Positions 25,775-38,260 of a stretch of 64,000 bases of DNA are shown here, in pieces; position 1 is the stretch's first letter; every line of letters starts with the position of its first letter. The notes beneath the pieces were generated by a model. That model was not told where the DNA came from. It did no database searches and saw nothing but the letters and a program-made list of their open reading frames with translations. Origin of the DNA: Guillardia theta CCMP2712 (taxonomy: Eukaryota; Protista; Cryptophyta). Position numbers and translations under genes: made by a program. The stretch lies in the NCBI RefSeq assembly GCF_000315625.1, contig NW_005434587.1:62001-126000 (forward strand). Reading direction: 5' to 3'.

Positions 25775-26057
25775 CTTTGGAGCCCCTGTTTGCCTTTCTT
25801 CAGGGAGTTCTTATTTACTGAACACTTGATCTCATATCAGATCATCCTGACTCTCTCGTTCTGGTGTCCTGAAATAATCAGCAAAATAAATAGACGCTTT
25901 GAAAGTAAAACAAGAGACTTGAAATGTATGTGAATGATGTTTTCATCGCACTGAACTGCCTTCCCCTCTCATGTCCTCTGGTTTTCTTCATCTCATCTAG
26001 TCTACATTCACCCCCTGTCCTCTCGTCTACCACTCTCTCTCTGCTCTCCTCTCGCTT

Positions 26058-26220
26058 CATCTCATCTCATCTCATCTCATCTCATCTCATCTCATCTCAT
26101 CTCATCTCATCTCGTCTCATCTCATCTCATCTCATCTCATCTCATCTCATCTCATCTCATCTCTCATCTCATCTCATCTCATCTCATCTCATCTCATCTC
26201 ATCTCATCTCATCTCATCTC
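26058..26220 (+). repeat. (ATCTC)n microsatellite
   Basis: About 30 tandem CATCT units. Confidence 0.95.
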
Positions 26221-26701
26221 CTACCCTCTCTCGCCCACATGCGCCGGGCGCCTCACGTCAATGCCTACCAGGATTCACTGCATGTCAGTTGAAATTGTTT
26301 GACGACTGACCCCACCCCCTAGGGACCTTGACCCCTTCATTCCTCACCTACTACCCCCTTTAATTCCCCATTTGAATCAATCAACCACCCACCCACTACA
26401 CTCACCCTCGTATGCCCCCCTCGTCCCCGCCCTTGTCTAGGGTCCCTTCCGTTCACTCATCAAAGTTGACTTCTGCCCTGGAGGGGTACTTACAGTGGTA
26501 TGAAGGGGGGGTAGTTGACTACAAAGTTGACGGGTCACCCGGGAGACTCAGTGTTCAGTGGACTCCGGGAGGGTGGGCCCAACGAGTCCGACAGTCGAAC
26601 GGTCCGGGTGAAGAACCCGCGGCCGATGGCAGCTGCGTGTGACTCTGAGAGTTGAACAAGTGCTGAGTGTTTCTATGAGTACAAAAGAATAAGAACATAC
26701 A

Positions 26702-29700
26702 CTACATGCTGTCCTTGCGGAGCCCTCCCTGCAAGAGAAGTAGACAGCAAATACTGGCAAGCGTCAAGATCCAGGCATGCTCTCGTGTTCGAGCCCCCGT
26801 CGAAGGTTGATAGTAGGAGGGGACGATGAAGTTCAGCCTGTGCGCGATCACGTCACGAAGGTCCAAGGAGTTGGGGATCTCAGCGAAGTCTTCGGCGTAG
26901 CAGTAGACCGTCAGGTTGGCCGCTGCCGGCAGAGGGCCCAGCAGGATGTACGAGCTGATGTTCCCGTCGGCAAGACGAGGAGCGTTGCTGATGCCGGCCT
27001 TCAACGTGTTCTTGGCGTATCGATAGTCGATGACGGGAGCTCCAGTCCCCTTGAGAGACTCGAGGGTCGGAGGGACAGCAGAGGCCAGCTGGTAGACGCA
27101 AACTGCCTTGGACGGTCTGCTGAACTGCAGCGTGAGGTTGAGCACAAAGTCCCTCGAGAAGTCCAACGGGAGGAGGAAGAAGAAGTCAGGCTTGTCAAGC
27201 TCCACATACAGAACCTTCCCTCCTACCAGACTCCTTCCCACCTCGAAGTAGAGGGAGGTGGCGCTGACGTATGGAACTGCCGCCTGCTGGGTCCTGCTGG
27301 GGTTCTGCAGGGTGAGGGTGACGCTCAGCTCAGCTGGGGACTCCCAGGAGCGGACGAGGGTGAAGATGACATCTCCTCTGTTGTACCACTCGCATCGAGA
27401 GCCGACGAGGGAGGCAGAGCTTCCGCTGACCGAGAGGATGCCGTCTGGCGTCAAGGAGCCCACGAGCCCCTGGACGGTGATCCTCGTGCCCGGGGGAAGG
27501 ATGCCGTTGGTCTTGAGGAGGAGGGAGACGTTGTTGGGGGAGCCTTGGATGGCAGTCGACTGCGAGATGAGAGTGCTGGTGAAGAGCACCTGACAATCAC
27601 AGTGAGGAGAGATACTGGAGAAGGATAGGAGCTCTTACTGGCTCGATAGAAGAGAAGAAGTCGGGTTGGACGAGCTCAGGGCCGAAGATGAGAGGAGTGA
27701 TGTGGCCAAGGACTGTAACCTACAGGGCAGGTCATTCAGAGGAAGGGAAGTGACGATGGGGGGGGGGANNNNNNNNNNNNNNNNNNNNNNNNNNNNNNNN
27801 NNNNNNNNNNNNNNNNNNNNNNNNNNNNNNNNNNNNNNNNNNNNNNNNNNNNNNNNNNNNNNNNNNNNAGGGAGGGAGGAGCAGTGTCTTGGAGCGAGTC
27901 ACTCACCTGCGTGCACTGCTTCCTCGTGGCTGGACACCAAGGGCGGTAGGAGAGCTCCCTGGGGTTGAGGATAGTGAACATGACGGTGACCCATGTGTCC
28001 TGAGGGATCAGAGTGGTGGAGAGGTAGGCCTTGCCCGAACAGTGGTCCCGCGTCATCTTGTAGAACCGGAAGCTGTCCGGCCCGAAGAGCTGGATCTCCC
28101 TCTGAGAGAACGGGAGCTGATTGGGAGGAAAGTTCTCGATGAAGACTGTTCCCTGGTTCACGGTCTGCGCGTTGATCTTGAAGGAGAGCGTGATGTTGTT
28201 CCAGTGCCCTGCGAGCCTCGTCGACTGATTCATCTGCACCTCCACCTTAGGTGAGCTGGAAGCTGTCAGCAGTGCAGCTGGAGAGCCTGTTGGCAGCAGC
28301 AGCTGAGTGGGAGGGATGATCTCGGTGCTGACGTAGGCGACGATGGTAGGGCGGGGAGTGAAGGAATTCCTGAGGACGACGATGACCTGCGAGGGGTAGA
28401 GGAATGTGATCTGCAAAGAGCGTTAGATAGCGGGCAGCATGCGCAAAGTTGTCAGTTCACCTGGGAAGCAGCTGTGAAGATGAGCCTTCCCAGGTCACGG
28501 GAGAAATTCCCGACGTTGGAGAAGAAGCCTGCAGCGTTACCCGTCAGGGGCAGGTTGGCGTTGTCCGGAGTCAGCGAGCCGCGCAGGCCGTCGACAGTGA
28601 TCGAGGTGCCTCCAGGGAGGCTGAGCGTCGGCTGGAGGAGGAGGGTTATGAAATTGTAAGCTCCTTGCACAGATGTCGACTCGGTGATCGAGGCTACTTG
28701 AAACCTGACGGGCAGGAGGGAGCGACCGACTGGGGAGTTCGGGAAGCGAGTGCTGGGGAGAAAGAAGCCTCTGCTGTGAGTGGCCTGTGCGAACTGCGGG
28801 AGGAGCTCAGGGTGGCTTCTGTCGCTGTTCACCAAGTTGATGACGAATGTCATCACGACGTTGCTGGTCCACATGTCCCCTAGAGTGTAGGTCAGCTCGC
28901 CCGAGCACTGGTTCCAGACCCCTCCGTAGGTGAGAACCCCGTTGATGATGGAGGAGAAGTTAGAGGAACTCGGAGTCTGTGAGTGCAGTAGCCCCCCGAT
29001 GGTGACGACCGACCCGGCAGGGATGTTGCAGTTGCTACTGAGGGAGACCAGGATAGAGTTAATCTGCTTCTGCCCTGCAAAATCCTCCTTGATCGTCATG
29101 GACGTGAAGGCAGGACGCAACGTGGCTGCGAGGATGGGCTTGGAGAACTTGATGCGGCTGAATGGCAAGCTGACGCAACCTGCAGTGCTGCACTTGTTGA
29201 CTTCAAGATCCACGAATGAAACACCTTCTGCTGCGATCGCGCTGTTTGACAAGGTGACGGAGAAGGCGGAGGCGGTGTCGGGAGAGAGTCCGTTACCGGT
29301 GATGGTGACGGTCAGGGTTCCTGTTTGCTGCTTCCAGTCTGCGGTGGTTGGCAGGCCCTGACTGCTGCTGGTTACAGCGAGAGCAGCATTGTTTGCCGTG
29401 ATGCTGCCCAATAGCCTGTGAATGTGATGGTAGTTCCTGCAACAAGGTTCGTGTTGGGCTGAATGTTGAAGGATATTTTGTTATCGCCAGTCATCACCTG
29501 GCTGCTATCAAGGATCGTTACAGTTTTCCATGCTGTGGCCTCACAAGCAGCAGAAAGAGTAGTTGTCGTCGACTTCCATCCTTGTATGCTCAGGGTGACC
29601 GGGTCCATCAAGGTGCAGACGGAGGGGTTGGTCACCGCAACGGAAAAGTGAAGGGTGGGAGTCCCAACGTTCGGGCCGACGTCCTCCACCAGCGTCATGG

Positions 29701-32700
29701 TCAGCGATCCATCGCAGCTGCTCCATGACGCCCTCTGAGCTGTTCCGCTACTCGCCAGCTTCTGGGCCTCGGATCCTGTCAGCACGACGTTGCCGTCCAG
29801 CCCCCCGTTGAGGAAAAACGCTGTTAGCCCCCCTACCACGACTGAGGACCCAGCAAGCAGATCGGCAGGAAGAGGCCCGATGGTGAAATCTAACGAGCCG
29901 ACGGCAAGAGGGACCGTGGAGGAGGCAGCCACGACGATGTTGCTCTTGAGCTCCTGATCGCTCCGCAAGACGATGCCGAGCATGGAAGTGGGGAGGATCG
30001 AGAGCCCTGGGATGGAGGAGGAGGCGGAGATGAGGGGGCTTGCGATCAGCTGCTTGTCCTTGGGGTTCACGAGCCTCACGCTGAAGGTTATGGAGGAGCA
30101 GGAGGAGTCGCTGCAGCCAGGTAGAACTCCTGTGGTGGTCAGGGCCAGGATACCCTGGGCTCTCCTCCACGTGGCGGAGGAGGCAGGGAAGAGGGAGGCG
30201 TTGAGGCCGTAGAGGGGAAAAGAATCGCTGTCGTCCGACTGCGTCCCTATCAACCCGGAGATGGTGATGTTGGAACCACTCGGCAGATTCACACTTGGTC
30301 TGATGGTGAAGGTCAAGACGTTCTTCTGCGATGCGACGCGAACTTGTTCTGTGATAGTCAGCTCGACCCACGTCGGAGAGACGGAGGTGGAGAATGTGGC
30401 TGGAGTTGCGACAGCTTGCTTGGGGAGCTGGAGGCTGCCCTTGGTGGCTGTGACGTAGACCTGAGCGCTCTGACTTTGGTTGGCGAAGAAATTCCTCGTG
30501 GAGAAGTTGAAGACGGAGGTTGTGCCTGCGAGGATGAGGGAGCTTGTGGGAAAGAGGAGTCTGCCATCGCAGGAGCTCCACACGCCATCCACTGGGGATG
30601 AATCTTGCTGCATCCTGACCTGCTGGCTCATCTGAAAGCCCCTCAACCCATCGATGGTGATCATCGTCCCCGCCGGCACCGGACAGGTAGGAGACAGAGA
30701 GATCCTGAACAAAGTCACCTCTCCTTGCAGCCTGTTGGTCCTGGAAATGGTTGCCAGGTTCCAGTAGGGATCGGTAGTTCCCATGAGGATCGGTCCTTCT
30801 CCTATCATGGGGACAGGAGCTACTGCAGGGTTGCCATCCAGGGAGATCATGGGAGCGAGCACGCGATCAGAAGCAAGAGAGTTGGTGAGCTGGAAGGAGA
30901 AGGTCAGGAGCTTGTTCTGAGGAATGTCCGCCTGCACGGTGAAGGTGACTTGCGCGCTCCGCCAGGAGTAGGAGGACAGCGGTTGCAGGTGACTTGTGCT
31001 GAGTTCAGTGACGGTCAGAGTCAAGTCTTGCTTCTCTAGTGCAGTGTCAAGGCCTGAGATGATTATCTTGGAGCCGGCGGCCACTTCAAAGTTTGCTGCA
31101 AACTTGACAGCTAAATTTGAAGCGCAGCCCCTGAAAGTTGAATCTGACGAGATGTTTCGGACTATGATCAGAGGAGCGAGGGATGGCCCAAAGACTGACG
31201 TGTTGGAGATGACAAGTGGAAATCCTTCTATGCCCACGGTGACATTGACGGGCCGCTGAGGAAACTTTGAGTTGAGCAGAACGAATCCAAAGGAGAAGTG
31301 GAGGTACGCGTCGATGGTTGTGTTCACCACAGCAGTGATTACTCCCGCACAAGGATCATATGACGCAACACGAACGAATTGAGAAAAGTCCCCAAAGACA
31401 GAAAGAGATCCTGTTGAGGGAGACCCCAGGAGGGTAGTGATGTTGATCTTGGTGCCAGGGAGTATCGTGAGGGTGGAGCTGAAATTGAAGACAAGCCGGT
31501 TCCTCGCGCCGAGAACAAGGCTGCTCTCAGAGACAGAGAGGTTGAACATGGGGAGCATACAAGCTCGATTCAGTTGGAGGGGGACAGCGTCCTTTGTGAT
31601 CATAGTGAAGGAAATGTTGGAGAACAAAGTTTCTGTTGGCCTGATGATGAAGATGGAAGCAGTTTGCAGTTGGGCTGAGTTGTACGACGGCACCTCTAGG
31701 AGCACCGTCATTCCTGGGAGAATCTCCATACCACTCGCCACCTCCGCTATCATCAGCCCGTTCACGTACGTGCCGCTGCCGTTCACAAAGTAACTTCTGA
31801 AGTTCCCAAGGATAGGAAACGACGAGTTGGGAGACGTCCGGATGTTGAGGCCTGAGACTTGGACGAGGCTCCCGGCGGCAATGCGAACGTTTGTCTGGAA
31901 GAAGATGGTGACGTCGAACGAGTCCCCAACGGTCCCAGAGGAGGAGAAGATCCAGGCGGCAAGGACTGCAGGGCTGGTCTGAACTGACAGAGATTGAGGG
32001 ATATCTTGAACAGTGACCTTCGCCTTGGGGATGGTTGAAGCAGCTGAGCTCGAAGATGCTTCCAGGTAGACGTTGGCGATCGGGGGGTAAGGGTTTCCGT
32101 TCCTCAGATCGAAAGAGACAATGACGGGCACGTTTGCCTTGAGTGTGATGTTAGGAGCTACCAGGATAATCAGACTGCCCTGATCCTGGTTCCACGAGGC
32201 GCAAGATTGGTTGAACAGCTTGGCATGCGCAGAAGACAAGGGCAGGCAGTCACTTGAAGGCGATGCAAAGTTCTGTAACCCAGAGAGAGTAATCCTCGTG
32301 TCCGGTAGGAGGTCGCTGTTGGCAACCATGGTAAGAGATAGCCTGTTCATCTCCGTTATTACGCGTGTAGACTCGGAGATGATGGTCCCGCTAGTCCAGG
32401 AGACGGCGGAAAGTTGGGTCTGGGGGACTTGAACCTGCTGTGTGGAGGTGTTTCTAGGAAGACCGTTGCAGCACGTGCAGCCAACACTGGAAAGGGTCGC
32501 GAAGACGTTGAGGGAGGCTAGAGGAGAGATGTCACTGCTGGGGTTGGTCATGCGGAACTTGAAACGTGACAGGCAGGTGGAGGGCATGGGAGCAGTGAGA
32601 TCGATTCTCATGGTTCCCTGTGATATCACGGCAGAGCTCGGAAAGATGTTTGAGCTGAAATCGTACAGCGAGAATGTTTGCGGACTGATCGCGAAACCAG

Positions 32701-35700
32701 ACAGGAAAATTGTTGATTGTGAAGGCAAATTGTAAGATGGTTGCAAAACAATTGTCACTTCATTCTCAACTCCTTTGATCTGCGAGCTCTGAACCACTTC
32801 TGCAACGAGGAAATAAACGTCGGACACAGTCTGGTCGGCAAGGCTGCCGATCAATGTGAAGTTTTCCGGGACAGGAAAAAGTCGAGATGTTGAGATTGTG
32901 AAGGGAGCAGACTTGATTCTGAAAGTCTGAAAGAAGCAGAGGGAGAAGGACAAAGTTGCGTTACCGATGAGTTTCTGCACCAGAGACAACTTCATCCACC
33001 CCTCTGTCAGATTCCAACTATTGATCGTCACCCTGTCTGTATTGACAGAAGTCACAGTCCCATCGCCATACAGTCCATTGATAAAGAAGACCTCTCCAGC
33101 CGAAATGTCCCCTGTCGACGAAAGAGTAAACACAACTTGGTTGTCCAAAGTTCCAACAGCACTCCTTGCTTCCATCGTCTTGATGTTCCATGACGCGTTG
33201 ATACCTGCAGTGAGTATCGAGCAGGAGAATTGAGTGGCTGCGATCGGATAAGAAGAACCCCCAATGCTAATCGAAGGTTTTCTTGCGGGGACAGGAACGA
33301 GCCGCTGACAAGTTCTTGTTACAGACACATTGGTACCAGCGCTGGAGTTCGAAACATTGACAAACTCGAAAGTCGTACAAGGATAATCCTCATACATGTA
33401 GCAAGGACATGAAGGATTCTTGAACGTGACAACAATCGTGTTTATCCCAATCACCAAACTCCCGGTGAACTCCAAAACTCCAGCAGAATTATCCCAAGTC
33501 ATGGGATTGATACTAGTTGCCCCAATAGTCACTGTTGGCTTCGCAGGGTCGAGATTGTCCAGCCCAGTGATCTTGATCAGAGCTGACGTAACTGCGTTCT
33601 TGGGAACAACACGGAAGGTTATCGGGTTTGTGTTGCCGTTGATCTGATTCGATTCCGCACACTCGTACTTGAGGAAGACGTTGGTGGAGTTAGCGAGAAG
33701 AACCCCATCAGGGTTGCTCGACACTTGCAACGCGGATCGATCGGAGCTCTTGGACGGGAACCAACACTGACCTGTGCCATCTTGACCAGCACACGAGTCC
33801 CCGCTGACGTAGAGGCACTTGGTCGTGCTCGTCTCGTTGCTTGCGATGACGCCAAGGTTGGTAGAGTTACCGAGGCCGCACCATGACAGGGCTGTACCGC
33901 TGACTCTCGCCTCGATGTTTGTCCGCAGTGCAGGGTTGGAAGGGTTGGTGACATCCAGGCGGAGCATCAGGTTGCAACCGTTACCAATCGCCATGACTGC
34001 TTTCAACGTGAGTGTTCCTCCGATCCATGAAACCTTCGAGACGAAACTTGAACTTGACACCGACCCCGGCGCTACGTTTGACAGCCCTACAATGGTAAGA
34101 AGGCTATCTACCGGGATCTCGTGGTTGGGCTTCAGTGACAGGTAGAGGGAATTTGCTGCACTTGCAATTTCCGTGCTCTCGACAATCTTGGAAGAGACCG
34201 TGAAATCATCGCTTGCGCTCAAAACCTCTCCACTGCAAGCAAGGGGGCCCAAAGTTGTGCTGCCGTCAGTGATCGCGATGGTGGGCGAGACAGCCGAGGA
34301 GCTTGTCTCGCTGTTTCTGAGCCTGAAGGAGATGGAGATCGACGCCTTTGAAGCCATGGCCTGGCTGAAACGAGCAATGAACTCACCGGTGGTGAAGTTC
34401 ATGGAAGTGTTGGCGAGGAAAGAAGATCCCGCAACCAAGAGATCTAGATTACTCTGCTGAAGGCTCTTCAGGAACGAGATTTTGAGCTGTGCTCCCTGGC
34501 TGATAGCAGCAGTTGAGATCAGCTGAAAGGTCACGATGTTCAACAAGCCTCTTGCTTTGCTCGTCTCCGTTACAGTGTTGGTCAAGAAGCGAGGAGCATC
34601 GACAGATTGCAGGACCGAGCCAAACATGAGCTGGGGCAGGATGGTCAGCGCCGGGTATGGGCAAGTGCCACTCGAGCATGAGTACGATAGTGAGATGTAA
34701 ATCTGCTTGCCAGGGTCATACTGGCTCGGATTGAGAAGCTGGAACGAGAGATAGATAGGGTCCTTATCATATGTCGTTCCTGACTTCTTCTTGATAATCA
34801 GAGTCCCCTCCTCTTGGCTCCAGTCCCCCGTCCCGCTGAACACTGCAGACGAATTGCCAGTCAGAGGCAGCGACTTAGTGGATGGAGTAGTTGAGTTGAA
34901 AAGCCCTGAGATGGTCAGGATTGTACCAGGAGGCAGCTCAACGTTAGTTTGCAATTGTACAGTGATGAAGTTGACTGTCAGAGCCGAGGTAACGTTATCC
35001 GATATGGTGCGGGTTGTAAACGCCGGTGCCTCCCAAGATGAAGGAGCGTTCCTGAAGGGGAGAGGCGTTGCGACTGCCGATCGAGTTCCTGAGGAGCTGA
35101 AGGTGTACGTGTCAAAGACGGACGACTCGTTGCCGTTGATGAACTCGAGATTGAACTCTGTCATGCAGTACTGAGAGAGAGAACCGTTGACGCGAAGTTT
35201 GACTGCGTTTGACTCGAGAGTCCAGCCCTCGAAGACTGACGGGTCCAGACTGGAAACGGAGAAGAGGGCCGAAGACGATTGATATCGATTCATCATCCCA
35301 GTGATAATCAGAACGCTGCCCGCGGTCAGGCTGACGGTGGGTAAGAGGCGAACTCGAACTATGTTCTTTGCATTCAAGATCGCGTTGCTCATTGTGATCT
35401 CCCAAGAGTTCCATGTGATGACCTGACCTGATCCCAACACAGTCCCGACCAAGGGAGTGGAAGGAATGTAGACGCTGCCTCGAGCTATAAAGAAAGCAGT
35501 GCGCGGAAGAATGCGATACTCTGCGTTCTTGAGTGAGAAACCGAACTTCACTCGTGTGTTTGCACTGATGTCTTCTTGTAGAGAGGCTGAGAAGGTGCCA
35601 TAGCTGGACGACCATGCGCCCCCGCCGTTCAAAAGCATGCTGCTGCTATCCCCCGTTACAGCAAGAGTCCCGTCTGCCGACTGGGATCCCGTTAGACCAT

Positions 35701-37207
35701 GTATCTCTATTGTAGAAGACTTTCCGAGCTTGTGATTGAGAATGAAGGAGAATTGAAGCAGGTTGTCTGCATTGACTATGGCGTTGTCTTCACTCACTTC
35801 ACCGCTCAAGGCAAGCTTCAAAGATGAGCTCAGTATCGACGGATAGTAATTTTGCTTGTCGATAATCATGTTTTGCAGATCGTAGATGATAGAATCCGAA
35901 GTAGCTGCGATCAACGGAATAACCCCAGACGACGCAGTGGCTGCGTTCTGAACTTTGATGTAAAAGTGATACTCAAACGCGGCATCCATACAGTTGTCAG
36001 AGGTGTTCCATTTCAACGCCCCCGTTGCGGGAGTAGAGCAAGTGAGGAAAAGCTGTCCTTCGTTCGACCAGAAGGATGATTTGTTGAGGAAGGTGGTAGA
36101 CGCAGGTCCATATAGCTCCATCTGATAGAAACTTTGAACCAAAAATCACTGCGTCGGTCAAGGTAAATCTGCAATGCTACAAACCTGCACACTGGGGTGG
36201 AAGTCTTGAAACAATCAGCGTTTGGATCTCTCACTTGGCATTTCATGGCTGATGCAACCCATCGCCCTGTCTCAATTCTCAACGTCGCAACGTATCACGA
36301 GCCATCAAGACCAACCTGCGGCGGATTGACATGTTGTTGGATCGCTCACGGTTGTGTTGTACCAGAAGCTCGTTGGACTCTGATGCATCCGACTCTTGTC
36401 AGTTGCATAGAAGAAGAAGAGGTAGGACACTCACATCTGTTCCCTTCAAGCCCGATATGGTGATAACACTCCCAATTGGGACATAGTAGTCCGGCTTCAA
36501 CACAAAATGAATCTCGTTGACTTCGCCGCTGAAGCGAGAAAGCTCCCACGTGTTCCTTCACTTAGTGTAAGACTGCAAACTAGCATAGGAACAAGAAGTC
36601 AGCAAGAATCGTTACCTAATGATAAAGGAGTTAGGCTCCATTGCTGTCAAAACGACTGCCGTATACGAAAGGGCAGGATCTTCATAGATCATTTCAGGGC
36701 CCCAAGGACTCCCCGTAGGCGGAATAACGTTGATTGTAAGAGGGTTCAGCTGAGGTTGATAATTTGGAGGATTGCGCAGTTTCAGTGAGAAGCTAAAACC
36801 GCATGTAGCTTGTATCTGTTGAGTTAGCGAGCCAACCAGCATCGACGTTGAGGCGTTCCAACTCATTGAAGTTTTTTCAAAGTAAGCACTGGAAATGCCC
36901 TCAACCTGCCCACCAAACAGTGATGAGAAACTTTGTATCTTATCTCTAGCAAGACTGCTCTCACCTGCAAGGTAGAAGTCGGCATATGTTTAAGGTTCAA
37001 CCCCCCAATCTCGATTCGAGAACCGTTTCCGATGGAGCAAGTAGGAGATGCACTGAAAGTGAGAACATTTTCGAGGTTTCGGACCTTGCTGGATTCGATC
37101 ACCCATGTGTTTGTTCTGCAAGAACTCGTCGGCGAATCAAGGGCTGCTGCTGGGATGAATCCGATTGCTGCAATGTACATAAACACCCTGATCGTTCTAA
37201 AAGACAT
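26702..37207 (-). CDS. Giant (>3000 aa) secreted/surface protein of about 20 tandem beta-rich repeats with a C-terminal hydrophobic anchor; apparent frameshift near 29414
   Basis: Signal peptide MSFRTIRVFMYIAAIGFIPAAA. The motif N.l.f.l.p...LPxG(T/S)xIxIxGLxGSxT...W....G.L.......F...L.NP recurs about every 125 aa. C-terminus HAWILTLASICCLLLLQGGLRKDSM. Confidence 0.85.
27769..27868. other. Assembly gap (100 N)
   Basis: Run of N, probably inside an intron of the giant gene. Confidence 1.
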
Positions 37208-37689
37208 GGTGGGCTTCGCCCGCCGGTGATAGGTATGAAACGCAGCCAATAGCTTGTCCTCAGATCAATCGCACATTCTCGTCCTCAATGATGCAAACTC
37301 TCCCTGGAACAGTCCCCGGTCCAATTAGCAGTTGTGTCTTTTCCTTCCGGCGACTCCTATCCCCTGCTGGTCTCCTTCCTCCGCCGACTGGCACCTCCTC
37401 CAACGAGCTGTGAAAGGATGATGGCCTTGCTATTATCACTGTCTTCCTCCCCTTCTCCTTCCCCCTCCCCCTCCTTCTCGCGCCCTTCCCGCTGCCGTCC
37501 TCTGCATATCAACGGCTCGGATAGCCGGTTGACTAGCATCCGTTACACCGTGAAACCTGATCCAACAAAATCCGTTACACCGATTTTCGATCGTTACATA
37601 AGTCAATTATTGAGTAAAAATGCCAGTCTGCCTCAGCACGCGCCATGGAGGGAGAACCAACTAAGGACGATCAAGTAAGCTCCTCTCGT

Positions 37690-37800
37690 CCTCCTCCTCC
37701 TGCCGCCTCCTCCTGCCGCCTCCTCCTGCCGCCTCCTCCTGCCGCCTCCTCCTGCCGCCTCCTCCTGCCGCCTCCTCCTGCCGCCTCCTGCCGCCTCCTG
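37690..37800 (+). repeat. (CCTCCTCCTGCCG)n minisatellite
   Basis: About 8 tandem 10-13-nt units in the divergent promoter region. Confidence 0.85.
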
Positions 37801-38260
37801 ATCCTCCTTCTCCTTCCTCTTGATCATCCTGCTCTCCCCCGTGCCTCTCAATCCACATGATCACTCGCAGTCACCTCCCGTCGCTTCTTATCCTCTTCGT
37901 CTATCCTCTTGACTTCACTTGGCTCTACTCGGTTTTATCCATCCATCATCGACGGCCTCTGCCTCAATCTTCATCCTTCTAAAACCGACAAACCACCCCT
38001 TTGCCCTATCCACCTCTTCTCTAGACGGGTAATCGCCTACCCAACATCTCCATCTCCCTTCAGACGTCATCTTTGTGTGGATCTCGATCGCTCCTGACGG
38101 GTCATGAAGCCAGAGCAGGGAGAGAATCTGATGGCAAAGAAGTACCTGCGGGCAGCCGCGAGGAGCTCATCGAAGCAGGAGGAGGAGGAGAAGAAGCAGA
38201 CAAGCACTAGCAATGAAAGCACGTGACGCGTTCCTCCTCCTTTGCTACCTCGCCACCATA

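Noticed and set aside
25924-26292. ISSHL-repeat ORF
   Set aside because: Translation of the (ATCTC)n microsatellite.
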